Source: Eledone cirrhosa
Taxonomy: Eukaryota
Assembly: GCA_964016885.1 (NCBI GenBank)
Contig: OZ024748.1
Location: 7,750,001-7,814,000 of the forward strand
DNA length: 64,000 nt
Reading direction: 5' to 3'
Shown here: positions 11,836 to 26,687 of the stretch, in pieces
How positions within the stretch are numbered: position 1 is the first letter of the stretch
How the letters are laid out: the number at the start of each line of letters is the position of its first letter
Position numbers and translations under genes: made by a program
Notes under the pieces: generated by a model
Seen by the model: the letters and a program-made list of their open reading frames with translations, nothing else
What the model was told of the DNA's origin: nothing
Databases searched by the model: none

Positions 11836-13297
11836 TTTATTCTACATTAAAAAAAAACATTATATATGACAAAAAAAGAACATTACAAGAAATCACATAT
11901 TTACGAATGTAAAATATACAATTACCGATTTTCCAAAATCTCATGGATTCGATAGGGATAATTATGTTAAATAAAGCCTTTACCACAAAAATACAATAGT
12001 AAATATAGAGTAATGTAAATGCTAAAGGGTTAAAGTAGCTGAAGTTTTGATGGAGTATAACTGTATTAAAAGAAAATATGTGAACCTAAGCTAATATACT
12101 TTGAAATAAATTGAAACACTACAAGTTAGAATCACTAAATTACAAATAAGAACATGTAAATTGGTTTGAAATCAATGGTAAAAACCTCCCAGTCTACACT
12201 GTAAATGTGGTTGGTGTTAGGAAGGGCATCCAGCCATAGAAAACCCGCCAGACAGTCCTGAGCAAGACAACCAATCTTGCCTCAAATGGGACAATTCCCG
12301 TCCAGACCTATGCTAGCGTGGAAGATGATGATGATGATGATAAAGTAGTTTATACAAAGAGGAAGTTAGACAGTATCTTGAAATGGGGAAGAATTTTGGA
12401 AAACATGAAAAAAAAAAACAATATAACTTGATAAAAATTCGAGCCAAATACTAATATAGAGGTTAATACTTTTTAGAAATGTCCAACATCATATAATTAA
12501 TGAGAATCACTTAGAAGATTGCTGTTGAAATTAAATCAAAATAAAGTGTAAAAAATAAATCTCTTATAAAAAATTACATTGTTATCTTTCATTTACCAAA
12601 TTGGCTGAAATTGGCATTTTCAAAGAACAAAGACATCAAATTAAAAACTTCTGGTATTTGAAATTTCTTGTTCAAACTGTTTATAATTTGTTGGAATCTA
12701 TGTCTTTAAAACTACATTAAAATCAATGTGACCAAATAATTTGGAAAAAAGAAATTTGAAGATCATTTAAACAAATTTGTCTCCTCCGTTCTCTCTTTCC
12801 TCTTTTGCATTATTCCACCCCTCCTGCAATTGTTTTCTAATTTTTTTCTTTCTTTTCGTTTATTATTTTAATTCTTTTTAAATAGATACTTTCATTATTG
12901 TATACTTCTGCACAACAATAAACTTCTTTTGATATCTTAAACAAATTATGGTAATCAAAGTTCTGTTATCAGATGAATATAAATTAAAACAAATGCAGTA
13001 ACACTCATTAGATTTTAAAAAAATTTATTCATTAAAAAGAAAATCATTAAAATTTATATACATATAAAAATGAGAAAACTCATCGTTAGAACAACCATTA
13101 AAATAGCTAAATACTATCAAAGACAGTGATGGGCAAAACTGCCTCAGAAGTCTGAGACCACTGGTCAGTGGTCAAGAAATAATTAAATGTCGGTTATTTT
13201 ACTAAATTCCTTGAAATTTTTCAGTCCTTGATTTTCATTTGAAATATGGTAACCCTTCAAATTTTTGAGTGTTTGAAAATATATGCAGTGTTTTTTG

Positions 13298-13660
13298 TTA
13301 AAATATGGTAATGAAAAGGTTAAAAGTATTTGGATGTTTCAAATCTCTCAGGTAACATATGAGAAAAATATCTTGTACTATACTTGTAGTAAAATATGGT
13401 AATGAAAGGGTTAAAAAGTATTTGGATGTCTTAAATCTCTAAGGTAATATATCTGAAAAATATCTTGTACTATACTTGTAGTAAAATATGGTAATGAAAG
13501 GGTTAAGAAGTATTTGGATGTCTTAAATCTCTCAGGTAATATATCTGAAAAATATCTTGTACTATACTTGTAGTAAAATATGGTAATGAAAGGGTTAAAA
13601 AGTATTTGGATGTCATAAATCTCTCAGGTAATACATCAGAAAAATATCTTGTATTCTATG
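13298..13660. repeat. 92-bp tandem repeat, ~4 copies
   Basis: gtaaaatatggtaatgaaagggttaa recurs at 13389, 13481, 13573. Confidence 0.9.
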
Positions 13661-15149
13661 TGTATTAAGTGTTTGGGGGTTGACAAAACTTTTAATTTTC
13701 CCTTCTGAAAATTAGATATAGAAATAAATCTGGTTGTATCTCAGTGAATAACATATGTTAGAAAGACAGGCTTCCAGTTTAGTTATTAATATTAGCAATA
13801 AATTTGCTATCAGTAGTTATGTTTAAAAAGTCCAAAGTCTATATGCTTTGATAAGTTGTAACGAGTATAAGTACTTGAAATATATCTTATCAATGACCTC
13901 ATACGAAATACTTGATAGTTTCAGTATAAAATGCAACATTTATATTTATCAAGAGAGAAAGAAAATGTAATAAAGACATTGTTATATTAGAGGAGGGTCA
14001 TGTTGTTATAATATTGCTATAAAAATATAGTAAAACACACTCACATAAATAATAAACTAAGTAAAACAAGATTTATCAAATATGTTGTATACACTTTAAC
14101 AGAGTAATATTTCTTCTGTTTTGAAAAAGAGAATTTTATAAAACTTAAGATTGATGATAAATACACAAGGAATATGGTAATGAATGTAAGAATATTGGTA
14201 GTGAAAGAATTGTATTAACCAATAGGTGTTCACAAATATTTTGAGGTAAACTTTGATTTGCAGCATTTTCACTATATATATAGTAAAAGAATGAAGAATA
14301 ATATGGTCGGCTGTACAAAAGGGTTTAATTTACAGTATTAACAATTGTTTCATTAAAAGTCACTGATCGTTAGAAGTTACGTATCCTATATATATAGTTT
14401 TCCTTTAAAATGCTACAAAATCTAAATTTCAGTGATATTTTTAAGGAGCTATTGACGTAATAGGGAGGTTTTTAAAAATAAAGTATGACCTTGACTTTCA
14501 GTTTTGTTTAATAAATGTTTGCTGATAATGAAATGTTTGCTATAATGAGAAATTTGTATGTATGTGTAATTACATTTGTATAAGTGTACCTAGAATGTCC
14601 CCTTCCCCTTTTAACTACATACATATATGTATGTAGTTATATAGGAGAGAAAACATTCTGTATCTGATAAAGAATTAACTATGTATCTTTTCATTTATCA
14701 TGCATTGCTATGAACTTTGAACTCTGGACTATTTGGCTTATCAGTATATTTTCTTAATTTTGGACAACACTACTCCTCCAATATTTCATATAGGTAACCT
14801 GATATGATTAAATGCTCTTAATTCAATATATCATTAATTTCATTTACTGAGGGAAATATTTACTGCTCTGAAGTATAATTTTGGTAAGTAATAGTTTTTT
14901 ATTTGTGTGTAAACTGGTTTCAATTTAATTTAATGAACCCAATACCGTAGAGGTTAGAAGAGTAACTTTCATTGTTTACCATTCCAGTTTCTGACAGAAA
15001 GGTAAAAGGAATGTTAACCATTGTGTTACCATATTTCAAATGAAATACACTGCTTATGAGTTTCAAATAATAAATACTGAAAGGAAGATAGCATTAAAAA
15101 ATTATGAATATACAATATAATATTTAAATTTCAAAATTATGTTATTCAT

Positions 15150-15546
15150 TTTTAACCATCTTTCCAACAATAACCCTGAGCACCTTTTTGAATTCCATGT
15201 GTTTATCACCCACGGAGTCCATGTGTCTAACACCCGTAGACATGCTTACAAAATCAGAAAACAGTACAGCTCCAATGACTTTCGGAAACATTTTTTCACA
15301 CTCAGTATCGCTGAAGCATAGAACAAACTACCTGCATCAGTTGTTAGCTGTTGGGACACTGCATCCTTCAACACTTCCATGCTTCCCAAAATTTGCCAAC
15401 ACTACACCTGATATTCCTCCTCCATACACATATGTATGTGTCTGTGTCTATATCATGACTCATACACTGTTCACTTTCCTGACATTTGTACATTATTCTA
15501 TGTACTAAACAAGCACCTTTAATGAGTTGTAGTGCACCTGAGCACT
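15150..15546 (+). mobile_element. Degenerate CR1-group LINE 3' fragment
   Basis: HVSNTRRHAYKIRKQYSSNDFRKHFFTLS matches the C-terminus of the 4705-5430 ORF, followed by the same 3' UTR. Confidence 0.85.
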
Positions 15547-16659
15547 TATGTTCCATATTTTGACATAGTTTTTACAGCTAAGTGCCCTTTCTAATACCAA
15601 CTACTTTTAAGTGCATTTTATCATGGCTCCAGTTTTTGTTTGTTTTTTTTTGTTTTATTGAAGCGTGTGTTTCTGTGTTTTAAATCATGTGGGAAACACA
15701 TGGAAAAAAACTAAGGAAACAAGGGAATGTCTTAAGTAGGGAAGGAGTAGAAAAATCTAGAATAAAGGTTTGTCATCTATGTTATGAAACTAATTAATCT
15801 CTGAAGAGCTATATTCCAGAGGGGTCGGTTAGAAACCTACATTAAATATTTGCTAACCATATCTAATTTGTTTTTAGTAGGGTTAATAAGTCTATATTTA
15901 AGATCAGTTAAGAAATTATTAAATTTATAGTCTTTAAAGGAGTATGAGAGAGATAGAGAGCTGAATATTCTATATTATCATCTAATCTTAAAACCTGCAG
16001 CTGTTTTGTTTTCTTATTAATTAAACTGTAGCTGTATCTATTAGTTTTCTTATATATTTTGTAACATTTGTTAGAGAAAAATCATGTTTAGATGTTTTTA
16101 TCAACCTCATAATTATTGTTTGTCTATTTGATACATCATGCAATTTGTTAGAATTATGGAAACAGTCATCAACTCTTTTGATACTTACCTTCCCATTGAA
16201 ATTGCCCAAGATTCTATAATAATTGTTTCTACTTTATGCACAAGGCCAGCAATTTGCGGAGAAGGGAAAGTCGATTAAATCGACCGCAGTACATTACTGG
16301 TACTTTATTCTATCGACCCTGTAAGGATAAAAGGCAAAGTTAACCTCAGTGGGATTTGAACATTAGCCTCTGGCAAGTAAAATTGAGTGCTTGATTCTTA
16401 GTCACACCATTTCTAAAGTAAACAGTAATCCTTTCAAACCCACACTGAAAGTATTAACCCTTTTGATTCCATACTGCCTTAAACCAGTCCTAAACGCTCC
16501 ATTTTAAAATATTCCTAAATATATTAAAACCTTCCATCATATTTTTTTGTTAAGTAATGTTCTAAACATTCATCATCATCGTTTAACGTGTCTAAATAAA
16601 ATATTAATTCGAATATTTAGGCAGCGATTTCATTAGGAATGTGATACTGAAAGGTTTAA

Positions 16660-17054
16660 CCCTTTAGTATTTAAACTGGCCATATGCGGCCAGAATTCTC
16701 TCAAACCAGCCACAACTGGCTACTCATGCTGATGTTAAGGTATTGTTCTCAACATAAATAATATCAAAATCTCAGAGATTCTACATTATGTGGGATAAAG
16801 CTTTTACCGTGAAAATACAATATTAAATATAGAATAATTGTTTCTACTTTTGGCACAAGGCCAGCAATTACCCAGTACATTACTGGTACTTTATTTTATT
16901 GACTCCGTATAGATGAAAGGCAAAGTTAACCTTGGCAGGATTTGAACTCAGGTCGTAAAGGGACATAACTATGCTAGAAAGCATGCCTGACCCTCTACCA
17001 ATACTGCCAATTCACTGCCCCTTTTAAATATAGAATAATGTAAATGGTAAAGGA
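16660..17054. mobile_element. MITE family 1 interrupted by a family-1 SINE (16839-17023, minus) with 16-bp TSD
   Basis: ttaaatatagaataat duplicated at 16823-16838 and 17024-17039. Confidence 0.85.
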
Positions 17055-18430
17055 TTAAATGTGAAATTGTTTCTGCAGATTGTCTACAAAGTATTTATTT
17101 CATCATTCTTGTTAATATTCCATGGGAGACAACTTAGAAATGATCTTTTATAAAAAAAAACAAAATAAAAACAGAATGATGTCCTTTAGTAGAGGATGTG
17201 GTTACCATGGATACAGTTTGACTGTTATTTTACTTAGGGAATCAGATTTCATTTTTAGAGCTTGCAATGAAGCTTGGTGCCAACATTTAAACTAAACAAA
17301 ATAATTTGATATCTAGCCACTGTTCTTGAAATAACTATTTTGAACCCCCAGGTGATTAAAGCCAACAAACCAAGACATATAACTATGGGACTTCCATGGT
17401 AGACATATCCCTGTCTCTCAGGTGTTTTCTCTTTGATGTAGTAATTAGTATTCCTGAAATATTTGAGGTTGTTTCCCTTACATTGTATTTGTCATTTTAC
17501 TAAGCTGCTTAGATGTAATTTTTCCATCTCTATATTTTTTCAAATACATTGTTTCTTTGTTCACATCATTTCCATATAGCTATTTCTACTTCACCACGTG
17601 ACACAGTTTTGTATTTCCATTTTGAAGGCAGCATGGTTGCATAGATAGAAACTGTTTGAATATATATATTGATGATGATGATAAAGATATTATCTATATC
17701 ATCTTACGGCCCTTGCCATTCTGAGTTCAAATCCCGCCGAGGTTAACTTTGCCTTTCCTCCTTACGGGGTCGATAAAATAAAGTACCAGTAATACACTGG
17801 GTATTTGCTGGCCTTGTGCCAAAAGTAGAAACAATTATCATCAGCAGTATCATTTTAATATCAGCTTTCCCTGTTAGTGTTATATATATATATATTATAT
17901 ACTAATAAATGCCATGTGTTAAAGAAATATTCGACCCTTTCCCATAATGCACACCTAAGTTGAATTGCAGCAGAGCATGTGTACCCACAATTGCATGCGA
18001 TGCAATGTAAGAAACCACAGTAACCACCAGATGGCAGCACTCTAGGTTCTGCTTATTTGTGCTTCTACTGCAAACAACCCCTAACTCTTGTAGATTCTTA
18101 AGCTTGCAATACACTATGAGCATGACATAAATTATCTCCCTTCTTCTCTCAACTTAAAAATAGGGGTTTCCTCCCCTTTTCACTCCTACAGTAAGTGTGA
18201 TGGACAGACAGACTAAGAAACAGCTCTTATTTTATAAGAACTAATTGTAGCTAGTTATATATATATATATGGTTAAACGATGATGATATATATATATGTG
18301 TATGTATATGTGTGTATACATAATTTTTAGTGTACAGTTGAGTTTAATTTTCAATGATAATCTAGGTACATATTTGTTGTAGACAATGGATTGTGTCTAA
18401 GGACTGATGTAGTACATGGTTCTATTTTGT

Positions 18431-18762
18431 GAGATATTGGGAATAGGTCCAGATCTAGAGATATTTGGAATAGGGGCCAGATCTGGAGATACTGGGAATA
18501 GGGGCCAGATCTGGAGATACTGGGAATAGGGCCAGATCTGGTGATATTTGGAATAGGGGCCTGATCTAGAGATATTGGGAATAGGGGTCAGATCCAGAGA
18601 TATTTGGAAAAGGGGCCAGATCTGGAGATACTGGAAATAGGGGCCAGATCTGGAGATACTGGGAATAGGGCCAGATCTGGTAATATTTGGAATAGGGGCC
18701 TGATCTAGAGATATTGGGAATAGGGGTCAGATCCAGAGATATTGGGAATAAGGGCCAGATCT
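18431..18762. repeat. 27/28-bp minisatellite with 139-bp higher-order period
   Basis: Unit ggagatactgggaataggggccagatct; variant ccagatctggt at 18532 and 18671. Confidence 0.9.
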
Positions 18763-19427
18763 ATGATCCTTAACTGTACATCCTCCTCTGAAATTAGTTG
18801 TTAACTTTTAGGTTTGGGTGGCTCTGCTTTATGCTGTTTTTTTTTATATATACATTTATATACAACATTACACAATATCCCTTATGCTGTTTGGTGTTAT
18901 ATATACATGTATATATTACTTTACACAATGGTGTTTAGTATTATATACACATTTATATACAACTGTACACAATATACCTTATGTTGTCTAATCTTATATA
19001 CACATCTATATATCATTTACACAATGTACTTTATACTGAGCAGTTTTATATACACATTTATATGCAAATTTCCACAAATGTATATATATATATATATATA
19101 CATTCAGTAGTGTATACCAACATATGGTTACTTGTAGGATTATGGTGATTGATCAAGTGTATATATTTGTGTGTGAGTTAATCCAAATTACTTCAAGGGC
19201 ATGATAGCTTAATTTTAGGAGCTGTGCCTGTTAGTCTTTATCCACAGAGAAGCTATTTTGCCTGTCAGCCTTTATCCATACAGAAGGTTTATATATAATT
19301 GTCAAACATGAAAATTAATCTTTAATCTATTGTTTTAGTTATATCCATTACAAAATAAAACATTTTTTACTCATTTATACTATATAAATTATCTATTTTG
19401 TTCATAATACATAATAATATATTTTAA

Positions 19428-19638
19428 CCCTTTAGCATCTACATTACTCTATATATACTATTATATTTTCATGGTAAAGGCTTTACCTCACAGAATTATC
19501 TCACATAATATTGAATCTATAAGATGTTGATATTATTTATGTTGAGAACAATACCTTAACATCAGTATAAGTGGCCAGTTTGAACAGAAAGAGGTGAGAG
19601 AATTCTGACTGGATACAGCCAGTTTAAATGCTAAAGAG
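19428..19638. mobile_element. MITE family 1 copy
   Basis: ttaa|ccctttagcat...atgctaaagag|ttaa. Confidence 0.85.
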
Positions 19639-19953
19639 TTAAACAGAGTGTATAGCTTGGCTGGATATTTGAAAATACGATGACCTTAATTATAGGAGAG
19701 GTTAAATATATTAGAGATATGATTGTAAACCTGATAGCAAATACTTGAACATAGTACTTGAACAAACAAGAGCTATGTAATAAATGCATGTTTGATTTAA
19801 ACATCAGATTATTCCACTTTTGTTTGGAAAGATAATAATTTTTGGCAATATTAGTACAACATGACCCTCCCCAAATATAACAATATAAATACATTTAATC
19901 AATTTTCTCAAATTAATGAAATGGCTCGTTTCTTTAAAAATTTGCTGAAGTTA

Positions 19954-20400
19954 TGAAGCAAAGATTTCACAGGGGATATAAATATATTTAAGTTGCCCCT
20001 GGTTGCTCCTACTCATGAAGCAAAGATTTCACAGGGGATATAAATATATTTAAGTTGCCCCTGGTTGTTGCTCCTACTCATGAAGCAAAGATATCACAGG
20101 GGATATAATTATATTTAAGTTGCCCCTGGTTGCTCCTACTCATGAAGCAAAGATTTCACAGGGGATATAAATATATTTAAGTTGCCCCTGGTTGCTCCTA
20201 CTCATGAAGCAAAGATATCACAGGTGATATAATTATATTTAAGTTGTCCCTGGTTGCTCCTACTCATGAAGCAAAGATATCACAGGTGATATAATTATAT
20301 TTAAGTTGCCCCTGGTTGCTCCTACTCATGAAGCAAAGATATCACAGTGTCTCGACAAGGAAAGCAAAGATTTCACAAATGAAATAAAAAATATTTAAGT
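19954..20400. repeat. 62-bp tandem repeat, ~6.5 copies
   Basis: Unit tgaagcaaagatttcacaggggatataaatatatttaagttgcccctggttgctcctactca. Confidence 0.95.
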
Positions 20401-20983
20401 ACCCTCAGTCATTTGTATTTGGGACAAAGTATCTCTGACGTTTATTTCCTTTATAAAATAGAAAATAAATCTAAATGGTTGATCAAACAACATTTTTAAG
20501 TTAGGAATGTTCTTCTGTTCTTGACTCATAACTCCTGGTGGAGTCACCAGAGCACAGCAGTATCAAACAGCATCTCTTGAACATTTTTGTTAAAACCTAG
20601 GGAAGCCCATCTCTCCAGGACTGAATACAGCTGATTACAGAGAAGGAAAGAGTGTGCAATAGAGAAGAAATGAGAAAGAGATATCAAGGAAAGAATGACT
20701 CCAGTATTAGACTGGTACAATTTTTAATCTTTGAAACTTACCTATGAAAGTTAAGTGAAACAAACAACAGTAACATGACCACCTCAACATTATATATCCT
20801 ATATACAATAAAGCAAACCAGAAAATCAAAGGGTAGTTATCAGTTTTAAACATCAGATATGTCCTTAGATTTTGTAGTATTATTAAAGCTCTATTCAAAT
20901 GTTCTCGCCTTATTCCCTTCCCAGGTTTTTATAGTTGAGAAATTATTTATTAGTATCAATCTTGAAAATCTATGTGAACATTA

Positions 20984-21267
20984 CAGGCCTGCCGACCTCT
21001 AAAATCCCAAACTGGGAGTACCATGAAAAACGTGCCTCAAAACGGGAACAATTGAGGCAAAATGGGGAGATTTTACATAATGAAAGCTATACCCATTTTC
21101 ACAAGAGATAACATCTCTCACCCAGCCTAGAGTAGGTAGGAGATGTCCCCATCAGACAGGGAGAGTTGATAGGTCTGTATACCCATTTTCACAAGAGAAG
21201 ACATCTCTCAGCCACCCAAAGTGGGTGGGAGATCTCCCCATGAGACAGGGAGAGTCTACAGGTCTGA
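20984..21267. mobile_element. Short TIR element with tandemly duplicated right end
   Basis: Left end caggcctgccgacctct; right end ..gggagagttgataggtctg repeated as ..gggagagtctacaggtctg (~90-bp duplication). Confidence 0.5.
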
Positions 21268-22230
21268 CATTGTTCTGTCTCATCAAACGTAATGAAGGGT
21301 TAAAAATTCCCATTCAAATAAATGAAAGTTTAGGCAATTTAAAATTTGAAGTAATGTCTTTTTAAATACTTAAATAATTATATTTTACTGTTTGTCAGGA
21401 TTTTGAGCATTCAGATTATATGAACTATTTAAAAAAAAAATTACATGAATATTTTTCCTTTTTTTTTTTTGCTCACATATATCATCATCATCATCATCGT
21501 TTGACGTCCACTTTCCATGCTAGCATAGGTTAGATGGGAGCATAGGTATATATATATATTTGAAAAGAAAGGAAAGTACATTTCTGTTAATTGGGAAGTT
21601 AATCTCACATTATCATACCTACAGGCTATTATAGCAACAACAAAAAAGTACTCACTCATATAGTGTATTATTTAAGTTAAGCAATCTCTGCTGCTTCAAC
21701 ATGACTTTATAAATTAGGATTATATTTTTCTTTGTATCTTCAACTAACTGTTGTCATTATAAACCTATATTATATTTATCCTGGAAACTAAAAAAAAAAC
21801 TACCACAGATGAACTAGCCGCAGGGGATATCAAGTTTTTTTTTCTACAGCTGGTTCTAGGATCAACGCATCTACTTACACAAATAGTATATATTGTTATT
21901 GATCAAATATAAGCTTAAGTCCTGTTATATCCTCTCATATCCTCTCAATGCCCACAGTTTTATTTAGTAGTCTTTGCCACATGACCATAGCATCAACCCA
22001 TATATGGCTTTTAATTAATCACCACTAATACAGGCAACACTTTTTAAAATATAATACCATTAATCACATGGTTTTAATCAGTTAACATCTTGTATTCAAT
22101 GGAAGATTGTGCAATATGGAAGAGTAGTTGAAAACACACTATTTGTTCTTTTTAAAGGTATATTTTAAAACTTTCTCTCTCTTTTGTTCTGACACAATAT
22201 TTACTACAGCTCTATCTGTGCATATATATA

Positions 22231-22268
<38 letters not shown>

Positions 22269-22343
22269 TATATATGTATATATATGTTTATACAAATTCC
22301 ATATTTCTTTATATACATTTATATGTAATGTAATATATATTGA

Positions 22344-22381
<38 letters not shown>

Positions 22382-23700
22382 TATAATTGTTTCTACTTTA
22401 GGCACAAGGCCAGCAATTACCCAGTGCATTACTGGTACTTTATTTTATCGACCCCGTAAGGATGAAAGGCAAAGTTAATCTCGGCGGGATTTGAACTCAT
22501 ATAATATAATGTTGATATATATATGCATTTGTGTGCATGTGTGAGTGTATGTCTAAAGACATGTACAAAATTGCTTTTATATATATATATATATATACAC
22601 ACACACATATTGTTAGGTGTACTAAACTCTTCTGCTGTGTAACATCTACAAGCTGCTCAATGCTACTCTACTTCATCTTGAGCAAGAGTTTCAGTACTGA
22701 GACTGTATATTTAAGTGTATACTTTAATATATATATTTCAGTAACCAGACTATGGATGTATATAAGTGTATACATTAAAATATATATATTTCACTAATGT
22801 GTGTGTATGTATGTGTATGTGGGTCGGTGTGTGCATGTGTGTGCATCTGTATGTATATATCTATCTACTTATATATATTGCTCTTTTTCTTTGTCTCTTC
22901 CTCTCTATATATACATACATACAAACACATATACAAACCTACTTACATACACACATATATATATATATATATATGTAACCCCCCTCTCTCAAATGTATTG
23001 CACTTTATTTCAATTATTTAATGAAGAATTTTGAGAAATTTATTAAATTTAATTATTATTTCATTATTAAGATTCAATTTGCAGCATAACTTAATGTCAG
23101 ATTCTTATATCAAATTATGCTGAAAGATCTTAATTGTGATAGGAATCCCTTAAAATTGGTGGTTTTGTTTCACAGAGGTAGAAGCAGTTGGTTGGTATGA
23201 GATAAGTTAGTATCAGGTCTCCATTAATGTTAGTTTTCCATAAATTAAGAAAAGACTAATAGCCAAGAATAAGTATGTTTTAACTATGAAGCCTGAACCA
23301 GCCTTGACTAAACCTAGGTTGGTGACTTACCTATGACACATCGTTAGTCAAACAACTATATATGAACCACAGTTCCAGACCTATGTTGGTGTCACCTCAA
23401 CCCAGTCTTGACCAACCAAACCTATGTTGTTCTAGCCTCAAGCCAGTCATGACCAACCAAACCTATGTTGGTGACCTATAGCACATGGTGAGTCAATCAA
23501 CCAACTACATATGAACCAAAGTTCCACAGAACCAGATATAACATTCCTTCATCTGAGGACTTCACTTTCATATTCTGAAAGACTAGTGAATCCAATGAGA
23601 TACAGTAATACTGGTAATACTGTGTGGCAGTGTAAACATATCATTTTGTTGTCACTGCTTCATCTATTTGTGTATACCTAAAGTTCATTAATCTCATGTA

Positions 23701-24084
23701 CTCTTGGGGCCCAAATAATAGGAGGGTCAGCTGGAATAAGCAGGGGGGTGGTGGACATTTACTTAAATTCTTGGAAGTGGGGGATTGTTGGAATTAATGG
23801 GCTGGTTGGGAAATTGGTAATTGTATAGTGTACGTTCTTAAATACGGGTTTTCTTGTAATGTTCTTTTTCTGTCATATATAATGTTTTTTTTTTAATGTA
23901 AAATAAAAAAAATATTAGATTCTCCAGCTGCTGTATCAATATGAATCACTTACAATAAAATTTTGCTGGAGATAGATTAACAAAATTTAATCAACAGGTG
24001 GGGTTGGATTAAAAGCTGTGGGGTTAGGAAAAATCTGAAGAATTAATAACTGGCGGGGGTGGATGATTATTGAAGACTTGGGAG
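23701..24084. mobile_element. TA-flanked MITE-like element (Tc1/mariner-type target)
   Basis: ta|ctcttggggcccaaataat ... attattgaagacttgggag|ta with imperfect TIRs; second partial copy at 11656. Confidence 0.5.
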
Positions 24085-24740
24085 TAGTTATAATTTCCTA
24101 ATTAACCATGTCCTTTCTGATTATGTGATCTGTGGTCTGTTGCTTCTCAAGACTGCTGTTAAGGCAGTTACATAATCAACTGCACTAAATAATCACATAT
24201 ATAAATCTGATTTTATAATCTGGCTGTGATATTTACAGTTTTCTCATTAGCTCGCCTTGGGTGATTTCTTTATCTCTAATATCTGCTGAATTGCTACAAC
24301 TGGGCACACTTTTTATTTCATCTATACATATGATGGTGTTAAGAAGGGCTTCCAGCTGTAAAAAATCCCAGCCAAAATAGAGTTCCATTTGAGCAAGGTA
24401 CGATATGACCAGCTGGCTAGACTTGTCTCATAATGTGAACGACCCATCTGACCCATCAAGCATGGAAGAATAGATGTTAAATGGTAATGATGTTATATAT
24501 ATATATATATAAATATGTGTGTGTGTGTTTATGTAATTATGTTCTTCATAAAGTACATCTCACAAAAGTGAAACGTCTTACTGTAATCCATGACCTTTCC
24601 AATTTATTTTATTGTCCCTATCACAAGCCAAATGAAACCCTTAATTCCAGCCACCTAGAGCCACTCTAACACCCCAGGCTTATAACCTGATTCTAGACAC
24701 TTCAGGTTTTCTCAAAGTTTGACTAATGAATAGATTTGAA

Positions 24741-24948
24741 CTCTTTAGTTTACTCTATATATACTATTGTATTTTGACAGTAAAGGCTTTACCTCCCATA
24801 ATATCTCACATAATATAGAATCTATGAGATTTTGATATTATATTGAGAACAATAATTAACATAAGTATGAGCAGCCGGTTACAGCCGGTTTGAACAGAAA
24901 GAGGTGAGAGAGTTCTGGCCGGATATGACCAGTATAAATGCTAAAGAG
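24741..24948. mobile_element. MITE family 1 copy
   Basis: Same internal sequence; ends atgctaaagag|ttaa. Confidence 0.8.
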
Positions 24949-25109
24949 TTAAATAATATATCCTAGAAGAGGCTTTTACAATAAAATGTCTTTGTTTTAC
25001 AGCAGCACCAACCTTGCTATAGAAACAAAAGCTGAAAGTGAAATATTACTTGGTACTCATTCACAGTCAATGTCACATTAATTACACTGCAAGCTCAACA
25101 TTTCTTTAA

Positions 25110-25330
25110 CCCTTTAGCATATAAACCAGTCATATCCAGCCCAGAATTCTCTCATCTCTTTCTGTTCAAACCAGCCATAACTGGCCACTCATACTGATGT
25201 TATGGTATTGTTCTCAAAATATATAACATCAAATCTCATAGATTCGATATTATGTGAGATAATTATGTGAAATAAAGCCTTTACCGTGAAAATACAATAG
25301 TAAATATAGAGTAATGTAAATATTGAAGGG
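25110..25330. mobile_element. MITE family 1 copy (opposite orientation to 24741 copy)
   Basis: ttaa|ccctttagcat...gaaggg|ttaa. Confidence 0.85.
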
Positions 25331-25384
25331 TTAAACTCATTAAAAAGCATTTCTTCTTGAATCATAAATATCACCAGATTTTTA

Positions 25385-25900
25385 ATAAAAATTCCATGAA
25401 ATTGTCGCGTTCCTCTACCTAAAACTTAATTCAACACACTCTAACTCCTCCAAACTTAGTGAAGACAGCAATATCAGTAACAACATCCCCAAAACCCTTA
25501 TAACTGCACTGATACTTACAACTGCCTTCTAGAATGTAAATGTTTTGTTAAGGATATAGTTTATAGTATAGAGTTGCCACTAACAACAACTCTACAATTT
25601 ACGTGGGTGTTAGCTCAAACTCCTTTAAATCTAGATTCTATTCTCATAGGAACTCCTTACTGAAGCAAATAAACTTCATTGGTTTCATACATTTGGAAAT
25701 GTAAAGATAATTTGATACTGTCTCACCTTAAATGGAATATACTTTCTAGAGTATATTTGGGAAACAATAATCCTCATGATCTTTGCACTGTGGAAGATTA
25801 CGATAACTCTTTTGCTAAAATGTTATTTCTCAACAGTCATTCAGAAAATATTGTTTATTGCATTCAAAGAAAATATAACCAACCGACCATCTTCCCACAC
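25385..25900 (+). pseudogene. Degenerate Penelope-like element GIY-YIG endonuclease relic
   Basis: Joining frames gives NSMKLS..CLLECKCFVKDIVY/..NNNSTIYVGVSSNSFKSRFYSHRNS/..SYIWKCKD..LKWNILS..LCTVE..LNSHSE, resembling PLE endonuclease ends; frameshifts and stops present. Confidence 0.65.
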
Positions 25901-26135
25901 TGTTATCTGAATATAGTCTACATCATTGCATGTGTGTATGTATGTATGTGTATGTCTGTGAAGAAAGTAACTAAATGGTTGTATTATACACACACATACT
26001 ATATACACACATTAAGTTCAGAAACACTGAAGATTTAATGCATTATCAAACTAACAAATATTTACATTGAACTTTAAATCAACCAGTAAATGAGTTTAAC
26101 TTACTCCTGTTAATATTATCATAACCATAATATTA

Positions 26136-26178
<43 letters not shown>

Positions 26179-26265
26179 TTCCGTACGAGCGAGCCACGGT
26201 CTTCTGACCAATCCCGATCAAATGGAACAAAACCATCTAACCCATGCTAGCATGGGTCTGGACGG

Positions 26266-26308
<43 letters not shown>

Positions 26309-26446
26309 GTATATATATCAACACATACATGATGTGAACTGATGAGAAGTTGTCAGGGAATGATACTTAAGCTCAATGTTTTTATGCCATTACAAATAGA
26401 AATATTTAGAAGTGTCATTTAAGAGAAAGAACAAATTGAGATGACA

Positions 26447-26487
<41 letters not shown>

Positions 26488-26647
26488 CAGACATATATAC
26501 AGACTTATACACCTAGGAAATACAGGTTCTGTAAAATCATAGAGTGAGTGGAAAATTTGGTGGGCTAGCACAAATTCAATTTGTCTGGTTCGATATATAT
26601 ATATATCATCATCATCGTTTAACATCTATCTTCCACGCTAGCATGAG

Positions 26648-26687
<40 letters not shown>

